A DNA stretch of 64,000 bases, taken from assembly GCA_965263355.1 (NCBI GenBank), contig CBDHHL010000032.1, positions 1,472,001-1,536,000 of the forward strand, given 5' to 3'. The translations under genes and the position numbers were made by a program. The notes under the pieces were generated by a model that saw only the letters and a list, made by a program, of their open reading frames with translations, was not told where the DNA came from and searched no databases. Positions 55,151-64,000 of the stretch are shown here, piece by piece (the first letter of the stretch is position 1; the number at the start of each line of letters is the position of its first letter). This DNA is from Leptolyngbyaceae cyanobacterium. GTDB taxonomy: Bacteria; Cyanobacteriota; Cyanobacteriia; Phormidesmidales; Phormidesmidaceae.

Positions 55151-55386
55151 CGCATTTCTCCTTTACAGAAATGTAAATCGCCAATATCCGCAGAAATCCA
55201 GTCAAACCATCAAATAGAGACTCATTAGGCTTGGGTTGAACCAAACTTACTGATAAGGAAGCCAATAACAACTCCTCCTGTAAGCCATCTGGACCTACAA
55301 TCATGCAATAATCACTCAATTATTAGCAGCTACGGTAATCCATTTTGAAGTCGTGAATGACTTTTCTGTCTCTGTCTGAGAATATT

Positions 55387-55464
55387 TATTTAACTACCTA
55401 CAGCTTTAAGTTCCGTCTACCGTAAGGACGAATTAGAGATATGACATATCATCCGAACGGATGA
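55387..55464 (-). promoter_or_regulatory. Bipartite palindromic operator, copy 3
   Basis: Minus strand: TCATCC-gttc-GGATGA, N17, TCGTCC-ttac-GGTAGA, N24, AAATA. Confidence 0.7.
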
Positions 55465-55531
55465 TTACCCAGGAGAGGGACAATGTATTCTCGGTGGTGA
55501 TGGTTTGCTAAATCAACTGATAGTTAACGGT

Positions 55532-56239
55532 CTATTTGACTAGACCTGAGCGCAGGGCTTTCACAGCAGCCTGGGTGCGATCGCTGGCTGCTAGTTTGCT
55601 CAAAATATTACGTACATGGGTTTTGACCGTCCCCAGGCTTAAAAATAGCTTTTCCCCAATTTCAATATTGCTATACCCAGCCACAATTAGCTCCAGTACA
55701 TCCAATTCCCGCTTGGTCAGCTTATTCTCGCCAATAGAAACTACCTCATCCTCTGTCAGACCATGGATACTGACATCCGTTGCCACCAGAGTAGAACCAC
55801 TTTGCCGTACCTGGCTTAAAACAATTTCAGCAATCGTTGGGTCAATCCAACCATGGCCCTCAAACGTCGTGTGAATCGCTTCCACGAGCATAGGCGTTTT
55901 AATCGTTTTCACACAGTAGGAATCAGCCCCTGCCGCAAACGCCGCCAGTACCCGTTCTGGATTTTCGTGCATCGTCAAAATTAGCACTCGCGTAGCAAAT
56001 GCTGGATTCTCTGCCTGAACCTGCCGCAGCTGCTGTGTGACAGAAATCCCATCCGCATCGGGCAGATCAATATCCACAATCGCCACATCGGGCTTTAGCT
56101 CCCGCAAAAGCTTCAGACCAGTCCTGGCATTTGCCGCTTCACCGATTACTTCCAAACCTGCCTGCTGCTGCAGCGTTGTACGCAAACCAATGCGGGTCAA
56201 GTCATGGTCTTCAATAATGGCAATCCGAATGGGTGGCAT
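55532..56239 (-). CDS. NarL/FixJ-family response regulator
   Basis: IIEDH, IVDIDLPDADG, ILT, K; LTKRELDVL..G.SN.EI..LFLS.GTVKTHV. Confidence 0.95.
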   Translation of the reverse strand: MPPIRIAIIEDHDLTRIGLRTTLQQQAGLEVIGEAANARTGLKLLRELKPDVAIVDIDLPDADGISVTQQLRQVQAENPAFATRVLILTMHENPERVLAAFAAGADSYCVKTIKTPMLVEAIHTTFEGHGWIDPTIAEIVLSQVRQSGSTLVATDVSIHGLTEDEVVSIGENKLTKRELDVLELIVAGYSNIEIGEKLFLSLGTVKTHVRNILSKLAASDRTQAAVKALRSGLVK

Positions 56240-56435
56240 AGCAGATATCCTTTCGCTGAGCCCAGAGCTGGAATGTGGAAAATAGACCTTACGGTCGATG
56301 CACAAATAATTACACTAAGCCATAGTTTATAGGAAGTTCTAATGCTGAACCACGTCTGCCTATTTTTAACAAACTGTAGCTTTGGACGTGGATAAGGTTG
56401 ATTCAACGATAAGCAGCTACAGGAGAGAACAATCA

Positions 56436-57161
56436 ATGGCATCGGTTTTAGCAACTAGCAGCATAGAGAAAGAGAGCCCTTCAGACGATAGGACGCTTCA
56501 ACAAGCCGATCTTTCAGGCTTGTTATCCACGTTATCCGATGAACTTAGACAACCTTTGAGTATTGCCATTCAGCTATCTCAGCTATTACAGCGCCAATAT
56601 TCTGGGTCGCTATCACCCAAGCAAATGGCATTGGTGGAAACTATTTTGCAACAAAATAAGTATTTACTAAATCGTGTCGATACTTGTTTGCAGGTGGCCC
56701 AGTTAGAAACGACTAAACAGTCTCTTTTTCTTTCACCTATCGATCTCAAACAGCTACTTCCAGAAGTTGTGTCCAAGGTACGCTCCAAGTTGGAAAGTCA
56801 ATCTAATTTATTTTTTATCAATTGGAGGATGGAGCGGATGGATGTGGTTTGCGATCGCAACTACCTCGACCAATTACTGACCAAGTTATTACTTCAAATT
56901 CCTCAGCTTTCCCCAGGTACTTACCCCCTGATGGTTTTAGAGCAAACCCACAGTTGGTCCCTACGCATTTTGCTACCAGCAGCCTATCCTATTGACCAAT
57001 TACCTCTTTTAGAGATATCTGAGACAGATAACCCATGCACCTTGGAATTAGCGGCAATTAAAGCTCTGTTGACTACTTTAGCAGGCAGTATTCTAGTGCA
57101 AGCTGATGGGTCAGCCAGGTTTGTTCAACTGACATTGCCTAAAACCTTATGTATTCATTGA
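56436..57161 (+). CDS. Degenerate histidine kinase (H-box His replaced by Asp)
   Basis: LSTLSDELRQPL, L.PKQ, CDRNYLDQLL; no recognisable N/G1/G2 boxes. Confidence 0.65.
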   Translation: MASVLATSSIEKESPSDDRTLQQADLSGLLSTLSDELRQPLSIAIQLSQLLQRQYSGSLSPKQMALVETILQQNKYLLNRVDTCLQVAQLETTKQSLFLSPIDLKQLLPEVVSKVRSKLESQSNLFFINWRMERMDVVCDRNYLDQLLTKLLLQIPQLSPGTYPLMVLEQTHSWSLRILLPAAYPIDQLPLLEISETDNPCTLELAAIKALLTTLAGSILVQADGSARFVQLTLPKTLCIH

Positions 57162-57168
57162 GATACTG

Positions 57169-57318
57169 ATGCAAACGCCTCATCATCTCGTGATCTCAGA
57201 TGTCATGATACCCGTCATGGATAGTGTTGAACTGACCCATCAAATTGCTAACACACTTGGATCCAAACATCTCAATGAAAATGTGCATTTGTTTGTACAG
57301 GTCTGTAATGGTTTTTGA
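57169..57318 (+). pseudogene. Receiver-domain fragment
   Basis: HLVISDVMIPVMDSVELTHQI. Confidence 0.65.
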
Positions 57319-57925
57319 ACAACTTTTATCAACTGCTGCTGGTAGCAACTGTTAGCAATTGCCAGAGATAGCATTGCTGAACGACTGGAAAACTATTATC
57401 TAGCCTTCAAGATGGAAAAGCCTATCATTTCTACTATTTATGTGGGCTCCCGTATTACCCTATAGTGCTTTTGGCTCAATACATTCAGCGAGTGGTTGCA
57501 AAAAATCATCCGTCGCATACCATTGTTCTTGGTAGGATACCGACTATGAACCTGAACCGATTCTTCTTCCTCACACAATGGACACCGATGCGATAATAGT
57601 AGAGCCATAACACCTCAGATAGACACATTGGTTTTAGCTAGTCTATTATCCCCTAAGCTATGTATAAAGGGGCTTTACGGAATCCCGCCATGCGGAACCA
57701 GTGCCGCAAGCACTAACTTGTCAGTACCTGATGACTAATTAGGAGTACTTACTTAGCAGCTTAAACCCGCTTGTTATGGCGTGGTGGATAAAAAATAAAG
57801 TAATCAGTGACGATAGTTAGAACAGTTGCTTGATAAGCAATTGTTATTTTTTAGATAGAAGATTATAAACGATTGAAATTGGGAACACCTGATTGCGTTA
57901 TTGTCGCTCACATCATTGGTTTACA

Positions 57926-58216
57926 TCATGGCTGGGAAGAATTGTCTGATCCCTGTTGCCAAAGGCGTTCTAGCTGTCTTAATGTGCGATATTGGTAAGA
58001 TTCACTATTTTTTCCAAAGGCATAAAAGTCATTAGAGGTTTCTATTGCATCTCTACTAGGCTGATCTGAGGATTCCGACGGCGCTGTAGAGCGAGAGGCT
58101 GTTTCGGTTGAAATAACATCTAACATGTCTACCTCGATGTATTTCAAATCAGTTGAAGAGTACATCATGGGATAAGCGGTAGCTATCGTAAATTTAGGAG
58201 AAAATTTAGAACTCAT
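57926..58216 (-). CDS. Hypothetical protein
   Basis: 96-aa ORF; no recognisable motif. Confidence 0.4.
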   Translation of the reverse strand: MSSKFSPKFTIATAYPMMYSSTDLKYIEVDMLDVISTETASRSTAPSESSDQPSRDAIETSNDFYAFGKNSESYQYRTLRQLERLWQQGSDNSSQP

Positions 58217-58528
58217 CGTTATTTAGCGTATTACGTGATGCAACAGACTCACTGTTGCAGCTTTTTTGACAGAAGAAATCCGGAAAAGTTCATATTTATT
58301 CAGTTTTCATCAACAGTTTATTTACTTTAAATTTTGGCGTTGACAACGTTCAAGGACTAGAAGTAGCTATCGCTGAGTTAAGAGAAAATAAATTTCAAAA
58401 AACCGGGACTATGTCCATTTCAGCTGATATTTTATAACCCTTTCAACATAAAGTTTTCAGCATTCCTGACACGGTAGTGGCTGCAGTAACGATGGACAGG
58501 TACTTATTCTTAAACGTTATATCTTGCA

Positions 58529-58738
58529 GTGACTGTTGTCTTTGATCCCCATGACATCTGTCACTATTGTTAGTTTTATAAAATTGTTAGTGGGCTTTAC
58601 ATCTAAAAACAATATTTTGCAGTGACTGATCTTTTTAGACAGTATGATACTCGTCACTTTATACCCTTGATTGACTTAACTCAAAAAGTGTGAATTTTTA
58701 CGGTGACTGTTGTCTTTGAATCTGGTGATCTCTGTCAC
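58529..58738. repeat. Three 36-bp GTGAC-N26-GTCAC units
   Basis: Units at 58529, 58622 and 58703; units 1 and 3 share GTGACTGTTGTCTTTGA. Confidence 0.8.
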
Positions 58739-58990
58739 TTTAGTATGACTGGTTTATAGGTACCGAATATAGTTAATAACCCCTGATGCGCAGGGCACCA
58801 GGGGTGGGTTTGTTATATTAATTCGGTCTAGTGTAGAGGAGCAGTATGTCTGCTCTTTAGATATCTACAAGACCGTAAATCGGGTTTTCGGAAAAAATGA
58901 CAAACTAAACTTCGTTCACGCTCAGAACTTTAGTTTTGCCGTCAAGGAAACTCCAGGTTTCAACTTGGGCATGGTTTGGTCCACAGAATT

Positions 58991-61489
58991 TTAAGCTTGT
59001 ACCCTTATTTCTATCCTTAAGGGAGCGGTTAGGGGTTGTGGACAATGCCAGACGATTAGTGCTCGGCGAATTTGCTCGACCACATTAGGGGGCTGAGGGT
59101 CTGACGCTTTTGCATCGATCATGACTCGTTTTATTCGACCTGCTTTGATCACGAGTTCAAAGACGAGTTTTCCTGGTTGAGGGGCAACAAGTTGGAGCGT
59201 TTGGAGATACTGGTTGAGTTGTTCACGCACGTCGTCCTTAAGACCGTTTGCTTGCAGAAGATTAATTTGCACAGGTGGCAGTGGCGGCTGACTTGCACCT
59301 TCTGGAGTCCCCCTTGTGACAGTTATTGGTTTGGCAGGTGTGATCGGGAAAAATTCATCGCTGCCCTTGAGTTCCTCCATATCGTCGGCAAAACTGTCTG
59401 CATCGGCGGGTGGTTGTGCGGGCGCGATCGCATCTGCTGACATGGGGGCAACGGTCTCTAGCTCCTTAGATTTATCGACAACGCTGCGGCTAAACAGTCC
59501 GCCTAACCGACGCCCCTTTGGCGCAGCTCCTTTTTTCGCCATGGGTTTTGCCATTCGTGCTCTCATTGGCTGGATTGTACTAGCGGCAGCGCCAAACACT
59601 CCTTCATGACTGATCGCGTCCGGCATCAGCACTGGCACATTAACCGATACAGCCTCCTGAGGTTGTTCCACTCGGACCTCATCACTAACGGCAATAAAGG
59701 CGGTGTACTGTGACAATAATTGGTACGCCAGAGCGGTTTCTGTGACGGCCTCTACCCCATGGGTGGTTTCACCACTGACCATCTGATTCATCAATTCTTT
59801 GATCCATGAGCGTCCCCAAAGCTGGGCAATAGCCGGATTGCCAGTGGGTCCAAACGTGAGGTTCAAGGATTGTTCAAAGGGTGCACCACCAGCCTGAATA
59901 CCTTTAATTTTCAGTATTCCTGATTGTTTATCGAGTTTACGACCAAACAAAACTAACGGCTGTTCTGCAAATAGATCGGGAATCGCAAGGGGATAAAAAC
60001 TAGGGGATTCTCCAGGTCCCTCCCAATGGAGTGAGAGATTACCTAATACTGGATTGTTGATCTGGCTAAAGAATTTATCCACTACCTGGTCAATGGCTTC
60101 ATCATGGCGAACGATATGGCTGATGCCCCGTCCGATTTCAGCGACCCGGTTGAGTAAAAACCGATTGACTGAGCTACCGGCCCCAAAACTGTGAAGTCGG
60201 GCTGATGGATTAAGGGAACGCTGCACCTCAGCAAAAATCTGGGTTTCATTGCCAATGTATCCATCGGTTAGCAGTACGATATTGCGAATTCGTTCGGTAT
60301 CTAACTGGGGTAAGTTGAGCACCGTCTTAAAGCCTCGCAACATCTCAGTGCCACCCCCTGCCTGTAAGCGATCCACATAGGCCAGCGCCTGTTTACGATG
60401 GCGGGGGGTATTCTCCAGGGAGACTTTGGCCAACTGTTGGGTGGTATTGGCAAAGTTGACAATATTAAATGTGTCTTGGGGATGGAGCCCTGCAATAAAC
60501 CGGCGCATTAGTGCCTGACATTGGGCCAGGGGTGCCCCTGACTGGGACCCAGAGGTGTCGATTAAAAACACCATATCTTTAGGAATATAGGCAGTGGTGT
60601 CATAGTCGATGGCAGGCAGCATATAGAGGGCAAAGTGGCCACCTCGCTCATCGGCCTGGGTCAATAGGGAGGTTTGGGTGGTGGCCCCAGCCACTTGATA
60701 GCGCAGAATCAGGTCTTTATTGGGGATGGTGTCCCCAGGGGCAAGGGTAATCCGGGTTACGGTTTCCTCAGTATCGATGACGATTTGGTGGGAGGGCGAT
60801 CGCAACTGTGCCCTATGGATAGGGCCTTGCCCGATGCCTGTTTCAATCTCCACCGTTACTTGGATATCATGGCCCGACCGCATACCGGCAGGCAAAATTG
60901 GCCCATTCAGACGACTGGCATCAGGGACTAAATCTGTGTCTTGATTTAGGCTCATGGGAGCTGATGCTGACCCATGGGTGGCCTCTGTTGCAGCCGCGAT
61001 GGGATGCCCCGGAATATAGCGTGGTCCCACCACCATGGGAAAGACAAATTCGTAGGCTCCTTGTTTGTAGGGCAGTTGGTCGCTGTAGGTGATCCGGACT
61101 TCGATCTGCTCCCCTGGCAGAATATTGGCCAGGGACTGGGTAAAGATATTGGCCCGTTCCTGCTCTAGTAGGCCAGCCGTTTGCCCCATTTCTTTGGCCC
61201 GCTCATAGATGGCTTGGGCTTTTTCGCGTTTTTCGATGCGGCCTTCAATGGTGCGATCGCCCAACCGTATGACCATCGTATCGACCGCTGCTTCATCGGG
61301 TAAAGGAAACACATAGGTGGCTTCTAGCGCAGTGGTAAACGGGTTCTCAAAGGTATGGGTGATCTCAACACGGGAAATATTGCCACTGACGTTGGCCTTA
61401 ACATCCGTGTGCTTGAGGGGAAACGCCATGGGCTGCTCTACGTCTTGTACGTACAGACCGGCGGTTTTAGGAAGGGGTGTTTGAACCAT
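58991..61489 (-). CDS. VIT + vWA domain protein (inter-alpha-trypsin-inhibitor-like)
   Basis: FENP..LEATYVFPLP, DTSGSQSG MIDAS, GGTE, LLTDG, LLSQYTAF; GGAGG RBS. Confidence 0.92.
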   Translation of the reverse strand: MVQTPLPKTAGLYVQDVEQPMAFPLKHTDVKANVSGNISRVEITHTFENPFTTALEATYVFPLPDEAAVDTMVIRLGDRTIEGRIEKREKAQAIYERAKEMGQTAGLLEQERANIFTQSLANILPGEQIEVRITYSDQLPYKQGAYEFVFPMVVGPRYIPGHPIAAATEATHGSASAPMSLNQDTDLVPDASRLNGPILPAGMRSGHDIQVTVEIETGIGQGPIHRAQLRSPSHQIVIDTEETVTRITLAPGDTIPNKDLILRYQVAGATTQTSLLTQADERGGHFALYMLPAIDYDTTAYIPKDMVFLIDTSGSQSGAPLAQCQALMRRFIAGLHPQDTFNIVNFANTTQQLAKVSLENTPRHRKQALAYVDRLQAGGGTEMLRGFKTVLNLPQLDTERIRNIVLLTDGYIGNETQIFAEVQRSLNPSARLHSFGAGSSVNRFLLNRVAEIGRGISHIVRHDEAIDQVVDKFFSQINNPVLGNLSLHWEGPGESPSFYPLAIPDLFAEQPLVLFGRKLDKQSGILKIKGIQAGGAPFEQSLNLTFGPTGNPAIAQLWGRSWIKELMNQMVSGETTHGVEAVTETALAYQLLSQYTAFIAVSDEVRVEQPQEAVSVNVPVLMPDAISHEGVFGAAASTIQPMRARMAKPMAKKGAAPKGRRLGGLFSRSVVDKSKELETVAPMSADAIAPAQPPADADSFADDMEELKGSDEFFPITPAKPITVTRGTPEGASQPPLPPVQINLLQANGLKDDVREQLNQYLQTLQLVAPQPGKLVFELVIKAGRIKRVMIDAKASDPQPPNVVEQIRRALIVWHCPQPLTAPLRIEIRVQA

Positions 61490-61680
61490 GGGTGAGACCT
61501 CCAGGGGGTGAACTGATTCAAGCGTAGGCTTGCCAGCCAGCAAAATGTGTTCAGTTTTAGGCTCAGTAAATTGATTCAGTTTAAGAATGGGGAATGGGCT
61601 GTAGGGTGAGCACATTCCTTGGGTAATGCTTAATGCTCGATGGATAATATCCTGTGCCCACCCTAGTTAGGTAAATCACA

Positions 61681-63159
61681 ATGGGGCAATCCGTAAGAGC
61701 GTCAGAAAAGGGGCTTGCGATCGCAAACCAGGCCCGTCAACGCCGAGGCTGGACCAAAACCAGCACTGCCCGCTGGTGGCAAGATGCCCATACATCCAGG
61801 GCTACCCTACGACGCTTTTGGCGGGGTGAACGGATCCAACAAGACACCTTTATTGCCATTTGTCACACCGTCGGTCTTGATGATTGGCAAGCCATAGCCG
61901 AGCTATCCGCTGATGAATTTAAGCATGAGCCAGGGTTGCAACCAGTTCAAATTGATTGGGGAGAGGCTCCCGACATTGAACAATTTTATGGTCGTGGGCA
62001 AGAGCTGCAACAACTACAGACCTGGATACTGACAGAAGCAGCAAAGTTGATCACCATTAGCGGTTTAGGAGGGAACGGTAAAACCACCCTGGCCTTAGCC
62101 CTAGCCGAACAACTACAACCAGAATTTGAAGGCATCATCTGGCGTTCATTGAGTACGCTGTCGTCTCTCCATAGACTACTCACTGACTTAATTGATGCAC
62201 CGGTAGAAACTGTTGATCAAGGCGTGCGGCAGCTGCTGCAAAAGATGCAGAACCGCTGGCTAATTGTTTTAGACGATATCGATGTCGATCAGCCTGAACC
62301 TTACTTAGAGTTTCTCCATCGAATTTCTCATTCTCGTCATCGAAGTTGTGTACTGGTTATTAGTCGCCAGCCCTTACCCGCTCAATTTCAAGTCTTAAAT
62401 CGAGCCCAACAGTTATCACTCTCTGGGTTATCTGCCGATGCTGCAGCTCAGCTGTTGCAAGCCTATGGATGTAGTGGTCAACTCTATCAGCTGAAAACCC
62501 TGGCCCGCATCTACGGCTATAGCCCCCTGGCACTAAAGTTAGTGGCTGCTACAATTCAAACGGTTTTTGGAGGGCAGATAGCCACCTTTTTAGCGCAAGA
62601 AACCGTTATTCTGCCAGATCCCATAGGCGCACTCTTCAAACAACAGTTTGAGCAGCTTGAGCCCTTCGAAACAACCTTGATTTTTTGGTTAGCTATTTGG
62701 CAAGAACCCATCTCTTTATGTCGGTTAAAAACTCACTTGCTCAATGCCAATTCGGCGGAGATAATGGCTGGCATCTCTAGACTAGTACACTGTTCTTTAG
62801 TCACCCGACATTTTCTATCAGATCAGCCATCGTTTAGTCTTCAACCCATGGTGATGGCTTGGGCAGTTGATGAGCTAGTTGCCCTGATTATGCACGAGCT
62901 AGCTCAGGGGCAAGAACACCAAACGATTCAGAATTTTCACCTGCTGAGAAGTCACTGTCTGATCCGCCCTGGTACGGATGATATTCTGGGTGATCGAATC
63001 CTAACTACTTTGCGAGAAAGCTATCAGACAAAAGATTTTCAGCCGTTGTCAAGTTTTATGGATAGCTGGCTTCAGCAAGCTAAACAAGAGCCGCCAAACA
63101 GGCTGGGTTATCTGGCGTTTAATTTAACAATCCTCAAAAATATGCTAGTAAATAGCTAA
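61681..63159 (+). CDS. N-terminal HTH + NB-ARC (STAND) protein without C-terminal repeats
   Basis: SRATLRRFWRG, DWGEAP..FYGR, GLGGNGKT, LIVLDD, PLALK. Confidence 0.88.
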   Translation: MGQSVRASEKGLAIANQARQRRGWTKTSTARWWQDAHTSRATLRRFWRGERIQQDTFIAICHTVGLDDWQAIAELSADEFKHEPGLQPVQIDWGEAPDIEQFYGRGQELQQLQTWILTEAAKLITISGLGGNGKTTLALALAEQLQPEFEGIIWRSLSTLSSLHRLLTDLIDAPVETVDQGVRQLLQKMQNRWLIVLDDIDVDQPEPYLEFLHRISHSRHRSCVLVISRQPLPAQFQVLNRAQQLSLSGLSADAAAQLLQAYGCSGQLYQLKTLARIYGYSPLALKLVAATIQTVFGGQIATFLAQETVILPDPIGALFKQQFEQLEPFETTLIFWLAIWQEPISLCRLKTHLLNANSAEIMAGISRLVHCSLVTRHFLSDQPSFSLQPMVMAWAVDELVALIMHELAQGQEHQTIQNFHLLRSHCLIRPGTDDILGDRILTTLRESYQTKDFQPLSSFMDSWLQQAKQEPPNRLGYLAFNLTILKNMLVNS

Positions 63160-63269
63160 TAATGCCAAATCCGAATTCATTAAACCCGATTAAAAATGGA
63201 CAATCCTGTAGGGGCACTCCCTTGTGGTTGCTCTGCGATATGCTAGCAGCTGCAAGTCCCTAAGATTTA

Positions 63270-63309
63270 AATAACCCCCTATGCACAACATATGCACAGG
63301 GGGCTATTT
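63270..63309. terminator. Probable terminator hairpin between convergent genes
   Basis: CCCCCTATGCA..TGCACAGGGGG flanked by AT-rich runs. Confidence 0.55.
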
Positions 63310-63346
63310 ACAGGCTAAATATGATGATTTGGCCTTAAACGTGAAA

Positions 63347-63907
63347 CTAAGCAGCGTGCTTTTGGCGCTTAGCTACAGCTACAGTGCCAGCTAGAGTCAA
63401 AAGACCTAGCAGAGTAGCAGGCTCAGGAACGGGAATCGGCTCAGCTACTGCAACACCATCAGAAACAGCTACATCACCAGTAGTAGAACCGGTAACGAAA
63501 CCAGATGCGAAGGTATCAACAAACAGGAAGTCAAGGTCGATAACAGCAGAATCAGAACCGTAAACGCCTTCAGAAGCATCATCGCCAGGGACGTTAGCAG
63601 TACCATCAACGAAGAAACCAGCGGGACCAAAAAATGTTTGAATCTCACCACCTTCATCAGAGGAGATAGACACAGCGTCTACTTCGCTGTTACCGCTCCA
63701 GTTCCATGCCCAATCTTCAAATTCATCAGTGGATACATAACCGTCAGCAGCGGCAGCAGCATCAGCGATGAAAAAACCATCGATGGAAGCACCATCAGCA
63801 AAGAAATCAGTATAGTTAACGTTCCACTGGAATAGTGCGGCTTGAGCAGGGGCTGCAAAAGCGGCTACCCCAAGTGCTGCACCTGCAGCCAAAAGAATCT
63901 GTTTCAT
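63347..63907 (-). CDS. PEP-CTERM sorting domain protein
   Basis: Signal APAQA; C-terminal VPEPATLLGLLTLAG..KRQK. Confidence 0.92.
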   Translation of the reverse strand: MKQILLAAGAALGVAAFAAPAQAALFQWNVNYTDFFADGASIDGFFIADAAAAADGYVSTDEFEDWAWNWSGNSEVDAVSISSDEGGEIQTFFGPAGFFVDGTANVPGDDASEGVYGSDSAVIDLDFLFVDTFASGFVTGSTTGDVAVSDGVAVAEPIPVPEPATLLGLLTLAGTVAVAKRQKHAA

Positions 63908-64000
63908 AACTCTACGCTATTGATGAAAGGAAATAAATGATGAAAAAAACCTGCGTCATGCCCCCCAAGAAATGCCCCACTGCGGCTTGAAATTGCTGAG

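Noticed and set aside
58529..58738. CRISPR array call
   Set aside because: Units diverge strongly in the middle, spacers are uneven and AT-rich, and no cas genes are in the window; kept only as a repeat.
58524..58738. Tn7/CAST transposon end
   Set aside because: CAGTGAC resembles such ends, but there is no terminal TGT(ACA), the internal spacing differs and no tns genes are present.

Overview
Cyanobacterial chromosome segment: about 30 HIP1 octamers (GCGATCGC), cyanobacteria-type gene families and a PEP-CTERM gene; the gene content resembles filamentous Leptolyngbya-like lineages (inference). Layout: (i) 1-5.5 kb: phosphomannomutase, polysaccharide deacetylase, SDR, LuxR regulator. (ii) 5.7-22.4 kb: signalling/defence-like accessory block with a sigma70-like / DUF1822 / CHAT-CHASE2 operon, Uma2 nuclease, AAA-PD-(D/E)XK, AAA-TM-WD40, a second DUF1822 and a truncated TPR gene. 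(iii) 22.4-43.5 kb: 5-oxoprolinase, yefM-yoeB with its TGTACA operator, FtsH, nrtS with an NtcA box, puuE, GH10 and a Dpp/Opp ABC operon. (iv) 43.6-57.4 kb: an eroding island (rimB-rimK and corA intact; mprF-like, aspartoacylase, mscS, antiporter, P-ATPase and kinase genes deleted or degenerate). Three of its promoters share an apparently undescribed bipartite palindromic operator, near a NarL-type regulator. (v) 57.9-64 kb: three 36-bp GTGAC-N26-GTCAC units, a divergent VIT-vWA / HTH-NB-ARC pair, and PEP-CTERM. Best candidates for new biology are the membrane caspase-family receptor / DUF1822 / sigma module and the bipartite-operator regulon. All family assignments come from motif recognition, not database searches.
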